A stretch of 20,000 nt of DNA from IMG/VR virus record IMGVR_UViG_3300046692_000581; one strand, given 5' to 3'. The notes beneath the pieces were generated by a model that saw only the letters and a program-made list of their open reading frames with translations, made no database searches and was not told the DNA's origin. This DNA is from an uncultured virus (IMG/VR IMGVR_UViG_3300046692_000581) (lineage: Duplodnaviria > Heunggongvirae > Uroviricota > Caudoviricetes). Positions 15,730-20,000 of this stretch are shown here, piece by piece. The position numbers and the translations under genes were made by a program. Within the stretch, counting starts at the first letter, position 1; the number at the start of each line of letters is the position of its first letter.

Positions 15730-16266
15730 CTAGTTAACAGATTCCGGGGCTTTAAATACTTCGGAAGCGGCCTTGTAGCTTTTATACAGCTCGTTTGGCG
15801 ACGTTTCTTTCAGGTGATTGAGAATATGACTTCTGACTTGCTCGTCGGAAAGTTTACCCGGTCCTTCAACCAAAAGCGCTTTCGCGCAAAAGCCCAGGTG
15901 CTTGTCTTCCCAGTCCGCGATAATGATGTGAAGCGCTGGAGAAGCGTGCTTCTCTATGGGGGACTCCCAGATATTGGAAAGTTTGATCAAATTGACAAAA
16001 GAAAAGACCAAAAACTGCTGGCATACGCCTTTCAAAGCTTTTGCAGAATCAGTTTCATTGGTGAGTGCATCGTAATGAGCTGCTAGTTTTTCAACCAACT
16101 TAACAGGCTCAATATGACCAAATTTTTCACGAACTTCGTTACCAATTCTATGGTGAATTCGTTCATTTCCTTTGGTGTAAGCTTCGTAATTAAACTTAAG
16201 CTTCAGGCGCATGCCGGTCGGAACTGAATGGTTGTACATGAACACGTTTTCGCAAACCAGGGACAT
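15730..16266 (-). CDS. hypothetical protein, 178 aa
   Basis: GGAG RBS; promoter TTGGCA-16-TATAAT at 16294-16321. Confidence 0.75.
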   Translation of the reverse strand: MSLVCENVFMYNHSVPTGMRLKLKFNYEAYTKGNERIHHRIGNEVREKFGHIEPVKLVEKLAAHYDALTNETDSAKALKGVCQQFLVFSFVNLIKLSNIWESPIEKHASPALHIIIADWEDKHLGFCAKALLVEGPGKLSDEQVRSHILNHLKETSPNELYKSYKAASEVFKAPESVN

Positions 16267-16375
16267 TGACTAGACTCCGTAACTGAGGGGTCTATTATAG
16301 TGTGCCGGGTGAAAATGCCAAGTCAGTTGAGGAAAAGTGCCGGTTTAGACGTTTCGGTCGATGCCGAACTCAATG

Positions 16376-16403
16376 AAAGGAGCCCCTATTTTGGGGCTCC
16401 TTT
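16376..16403 (-). terminator. intrinsic terminator after alkB
   Basis: AAAGGAGCCCC/GGGGCTCCTTT 11-bp stem. Confidence 0.8.
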
Positions 16404-16409
16404 TTCTCA

Positions 16410-17006
16410 TTAGATTAGACCTCGATAGGTCAAACTGACTCGGCCCTCACACTCTTGAGAGTGTTTTGGAATTCGATGCAAGTGAGTTTGTTGCATCCCA
16501 GGAGGCATATAAAAGAGCGAGCCGCTTTCCAACAAGATTTTTTGCGGTTCAGCCTTGTGGTCTTTAATGCCCATCCGCTCCAGATAATCTGGTCGAGGTT
16601 TTATCCAGATCTCTCGCTTTGCACCAAAGCTGTAGACCAAAATAGGTCGTTTAGGATCAATCGAGGGGCTGTCATCTGCATGCCATCCCAAGTGCTGACG
16701 AGGTCCCTCATAGCCATTGCAAAAGCAAGCTTCAAAGCGACTGCCAAACTCAGCTTCAGCCTGCAATTTAATGTCCCTAACGATTTTGTTCCACTCGGCC
16801 AGTGGCGAGACGGGAAAATACTGACGCTCCCCTCGCCCGCTGCCATAGGTATAAGGCAGTCCGGACTCGTTATAGAATGCTTCCCGGCGCGGCGCATCCT
16901 CCCGCTGCTCCCAATGGAGTTGTGTCCAGAGATGCTGAAAAACAGCCCCTGGGTTTTCAACTGCATTGGGGCGGTAAAACATGCCGGTGACGATTGCCGG
17001 ATCCAT
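16410..17006 (-). CDS. alkB: AlkB-family Fe(II)/2OG dioxygenase (ALKBH2/3-like)
   Basis: PRR...Y.Y, CFCNGY....HLGWHADD (HxD), SFGAKR, LESGSL..M....Q....HRIPK, RVSLTYR; ATG 17006 with AAGGA RBS. Confidence 0.9.
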   Translation of the reverse strand: MDPAIVTGMFYRPNAVENPGAVFQHLWTQLHWEQREDAPRREAFYNESGLPYTYGSGRGERQYFPVSPLAEWNKIVRDIKLQAEAEFGSRFEACFCNGYEGPRQHLGWHADDSPSIDPKRPILVYSFGAKREIWIKPRPDYLERMGIKDHKAEPQKILLESGSLFYMPPGMQQTHLHRIPKHSQECEGRVSLTYRGLI

Positions 17007-17032
17007 GGTGCATTCCTTTTGGGGTTGGTGGT

Positions 17033-17239
17033 TTACAAATAATCTTTTTGAGTCCAATTGCCGCTTTTCAGAGCAACGACAGCTTGTTCTTCTGTATTGA
17101 AATACTCAAGCGATTCACGGCTTACAGGACCGGATGAGTCGGCAGTGCCAATGTAGAATCCCCTGCCACTTTGCAGGACTTCAATGTGAAGTCTATATCC
17201 CGCTTCCAGAGCGAGGACGCCAAATTTTGTAGGTGACAT
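17033..17239 (-). CDS. small conserved mobile-element hypothetical protein, 68 aa
   Basis: EVLQS..GFYIGT....GPVSRES.EYF motif, a family I recall from ICEs, plasmids and phages; GGAG RBS; promoter TTGACA-17-GATAAT at 17267-17295. Confidence 0.8.
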   Translation of the reverse strand: MSPTKFGVLALEAGYRLHIEVLQSGRGFYIGTADSSGPVSRESLEYFNTEEQAVVALKSGNWTQKDYL

Positions 17240-17467
17240 TGTGCTTACTCCAATTCAATTGCATTTATTATCTAGCAAGAAATTTATTTTGTCAATGCAG
17301 CTATCATTCGTTATTTTTTGATGGCGTTAGGTATGGCGGAACATTAATTATTTATCGTCGCCTGGGTACTTGTCAGGCTTGAAACTGCCCCACAAGAATC
17401 TTTTCTTTTTGACGCATTAACAATTGGCGTCTAGCATTAATCGATCATCGATAACCAATCTGAAGGT

Positions 17468-18081
17468 ATGAAAATGTCAACTAAAACTATCGTGTTGATC
17501 CGAGTTGAACCAGATTTTTCGGATGTGGAGCGCGTACGGTGGAGACGTACCGAGTGAATGTGCCAGATTTGAAATTTGGTGAGCTTAAGGACTTTTTTGA
17601 TCAAAATGTGTGCGCTGGGTGCAAGGTAGACTTGAGAATTGCAAACGACTATTTGGATGTTGGCAGCGTAGAGTTTTCAAAGATTACAGGCCAGCTCATG
17701 GAGGGCCTGCTCGCATACTGTGCGAAAGTAGTAAAAGACTCGCCGCCGATGCGAGGCCAAGCAAAGGTTATTGATGTTTCAAAAGGTTGGAGCGAGGACT
17801 TCATCATTCCTGAGCGCCATAATGCGCCACCTCCAGCCGTAATTTTCTTGGAAGCCAGCGCTTCAAGCATCATCAACCTTGGACTTTGGATCAATGAGCT
17901 TCAAAATCTGTTGGGTGATTCCGAGAAGGGTGTGGAAATGAATTCGGACCTCAATAAATTCCTGCAAAAGTTTTTCGGTATGCCGTTCAAGCCATGTGCA
18001 ATGGTCTCTCATCAGTCTTCAGCCACGCCTTCTGATCTTAAAAAGGCTTTAGGTAGAACGATTTTGGGATCAAATTTTTAG
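17468..18081 (+). pseudogene. hypothetical gene split by an apparent 1-nt deletion in a T5 run (or a sequencing error)
   Basis: Promoter TTGACG-17-TAGCAT (17409-17437) and GAAGG RBS precede ATG 17468/17474; adding one T at 17515-17519 fuses this frame to ORF 17539..18081. Confidence 0.55.
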
Positions 18082-18092
18082 ATTTTTGCTGG

Positions 18093-18115
18093 CGCCTTTC
18101 ATGCATTGAAAGGCG
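18093..18115. terminator. hairpin terminator between convergent units
   Basis: CGCCTTTCA-TGCAT-TGAAAGGCG. Confidence 0.65.
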
Positions 18116-18264
18116 TCACGATTTCACTGTGTTAGTTCTTGAAGCTGATGGGCAATCAAACTCGGTGTTGGATCGACAAGGGTGTCTGGCCGTGGTGCCG
18201 GGCTTATAGCGTTCTACATGCAGCATGGACATTGGATGCCCTTTGTTCTTTATCAGGACTTGTG

Positions 18265-18450
18265 CAACATGTCCTATCAAGTCGCCGTTCCTTAAAACTT
18301 GTTCAAACCTACTCATGTCTGAACAGACGCCACCCGAACGCGCTTTGGTGGCTTGATGCAACACGCTAGAACGGAATCGTTCGACAGGCCCCTGACGTGG
18401 CGAGAACGCATTCTCGTACGCGGGAGGCCTGCATCCAGGCGTGTTTCACC
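18265..18450 (-). ncRNA. putative TnpB omegaRNA (reRNA) scaffold, right end and guide
   Basis: Series of hairpins overlapping the tnpB 3' end, subterminal stem TGTTCAGAC/GTTTGAACA, then TTTAAGGAACGG; boundaries approximate. Confidence 0.55.
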
Positions 18451-20000
18451 CATGTCGCATAGTGCACACTCAGCTTTTTTAGGCACTGTTCACCTGTTCT
18501 GGCATCCGCTGGTGCCACAAAAGTCAATGTCTGCTGACGCACACGGCACGGGCTTGAGCGCGGAACGCGCTCCTTAAGTCCCATGCCACGACGACCAATC
18601 ACCCAGGCCGCAGCCTGATGAGTATTAAAATCGGTGTCCCGGTTGTATTTCAGCTTGCCGAGCAAGCTGGTGTAGGCCGGGTTGACTTGCACCAAGGCCA
18701 CGCCCTGCTTGAGGCACTGCATGGTCAGGCTTTGGCGAAACAGTCGGTAGCTCAGGCTGCTGAGCATGGCGTTGTAGCGCGCCTGACCCTGCTCACCTTT
18801 TTGCAGCGAGGATTTCTTTCGCGCAAAATCCAGTGATTCGATGACGATTGGTTTTTGTTCGGCGTTGGCCTGATCAACGATTTGAATGGCCAAGGCTTGC
18901 ATCGCGGTTTTGTTCTGCCGGGAAGTGGCCTGAAGGCGTGCATAAGGCCTGTCCACCAGCGACTGCTTGTGGCCCGAAGGATTCAGGTTTGCCACCGACA
19001 CGAACCCCGCATTGAAGTCGATGCCGAGCGCGCCCTTACTGAAGTCGGCGTCTGTGGCCTCAAACGGCACGCTGGTGCTGATCAGCACGCGCCAGCCTTT
19101 GCGGTCGCGCACGAAGCGGTAACTCAGGGCTTGGCCCAGTCCTTCAAGAAACTCGGATTCCTTGACCGAAGCGTCAAGTTCACCGGATTTTTTCTGCGCC
19201 AAAAAAGCTTTCTTACGTTCACTACGAAGCTGTTGGCGCGCATGCGCCTGTTCGATCACGTGGCCCTGATAAGAGAAGCTGATGCCGTCCAGATAGGCGT
19301 ATTTGCCATGCTCGGCGATCAAGGCTTCGGGCAAGCGCACTTGCAACAGCCACGTACCGTTTTCACCGGGCAGCAGTACGCAGCCTTGACAGCCGCCGTT
19401 TTCATCGCTGGAGCCGAGCACGAAAAATTGATTGGAGCGTGAAGCCTGCCAGTCGTTTTTCCAGGCCTGATGATCCGCGTAGTCGTTTTTGGCCAAGTGA
19501 TGTTGCGCGTTGAACAGCCGCTTGGAGCCGAAGCAAATTGCAGTGGTTTTACTCTTGATGCGTTCAGCCAGCTGCTTGGCTTCACTATGCAGATGCTGGA
19601 TCTTGCTGCGCATCCCTGGCAGGGAGCGCCAGAGTTTTTGAGCACGGTCCTTTTGACCTTTCGCATCCAGCACCTGAGCCTTTTCGCGGTTGGCGATCAG
19701 GCGCTTTTCCAGGCGCTCAGCTTTCTGCTGGGCTTGCGTCAGGTAGCCGGGCAGGTTGCCGATCTGCGACTGCACCATGCCTTCAACACTGACCTTCACG
19801 GCGTTAAACTGCCGTGCCGTCAGGCCATGCTCGCGAGAAAACACGGGCTTCTTGGGCGCCTCGCCCTTTTTTGCGGCACTGTAGTAATGGCGTGTGGAAC
19901 GAGAAAACAGTGCGGCATACGCCTTCAGCGCCCGATCAGCGTCATCGGTCAGGGACCGAGGCAGGCGCGTTTCGAGGGTCAAAGGCTGAAGTGTTATCAT
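18285..20000 (-). mobile_element. IS200/IS605-family element (right part), GC-richer than its flanks
   Basis: tnpB-related gene plus subterminal hairpin; left end and any tnpA lie outside the window. Confidence 0.75.
18366..20000 (-). CDS. tnpB: IS200/IS605 TnpB-related RNA-guided RuvC protein (544 aa; the start may extend beyond the window)
   Basis: RuvC-I ALGIDFN, RuvC-II IVIESLDF, VNPAYTS, RuvC-III region HQAAAWVIGRR; no CxxC zinc finger. Confidence 0.88.
   Translation of the reverse strand: MITLQPLTLETRLPRSLTDDADRALKAYAALFSRSTRHYYSAAKKGEAPKKPVFSREHGLTARQFNAVKVSVEGMVQSQIGNLPGYLTQAQQKAERLEKRLIANREKAQVLDAKGQKDRAQKLWRSLPGMRSKIQHLHSEAKQLAERIKSKTTAICFGSKRLFNAQHHLAKNDYADHQAWKNDWQASRSNQFFVLGSSDENGGCQGCVLLPGENGTWLLQVRLPEALIAEHGKYAYLDGISFSYQGHVIEQAHARQQLRSERKKAFLAQKKSGELDASVKESEFLEGLGQALSYRFVRDRKGWRVLISTSVPFEATDADFSKGALGIDFNAGFVSVANLNPSGHKQSLVDRPYARLQATSRQNKTAMQALAIQIVDQANAEQKPIVIESLDFARKKSSLQKGEQGQARYNAMLSSLSYRLFRQSLTMQCLKQGVALVQVNPAYTSLLGKLKYNRDTDFNTHQAAAWVIGRRGMGLKERVPRSSPCRVRQQTLTFVAPADARTGEQCLKKLSVHYATWVKHAWMQASRVRECVLATSGACRTIPF

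Noticed and set aside
498..19666. Many antisense or nested ORFs (e.g. 613..1074, 5140..5574, 15604..16086, 16455..17042, 18855..19442)
   Set aside because: They are shadows of better-supported genes on the other strand or frame, with no motifs.
1..20000. tRNA, rRNA, integron attC array, retron or reverse transcriptase
   Set aside because: No cloverleaf, attC-like repeated palindromes or RT motifs were seen by eye.

Overview
This window looks like an accessory or backbone region of a large mobile replicon (megaplasmid, ICE or jumbo-phage-like), probably from a Gammaproteobacterium. The host guess is inferred from the Pseudomonas-like ChaA. It is mostly short hypothetical genes, each unit with its own near-consensus sigma70 promoter and many with a terminator. 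Recognisable genes are an orphan HigA-like HTH protein, a HAD phosphatase (RNA-repair 'Swiss Army Knife' type), a protein with a C-terminal PEP-utiliser phospho-His domain, a Lon-like AAA+ ATPase without a protease domain, a ChaA cation/H+ antiporter, an AlkB (ALKBH2/3-type) dioxygenase, a second HxD...H oxygenase-like protein, a pair of tandem paralogues, and a GC-richer IS200/IS605 TnpB-related gene with its right end and putative omegaRNA. The most interesting signals are missed by the ORF track: (1) a 50-aa ArfA-like small ORF with an in-frame hairpin, resembling non-stop-mRNA control of ribosome rescue factors; (2) a ~145-nt structured, GAAA-tetraloop-rich candidate ncRNA with its own promoter and terminator; (3) an nhaA-II (Li+-II) riboswitch-like leader on chaA; (4) a HigA whose DNA-binding basic residues appear neutralised, in an operon with the HAD phosphatase. 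Together these suggest a translation-rescue/counter-defence gene set, which is an inference. No database searches were run; all family calls come from motif recognition.
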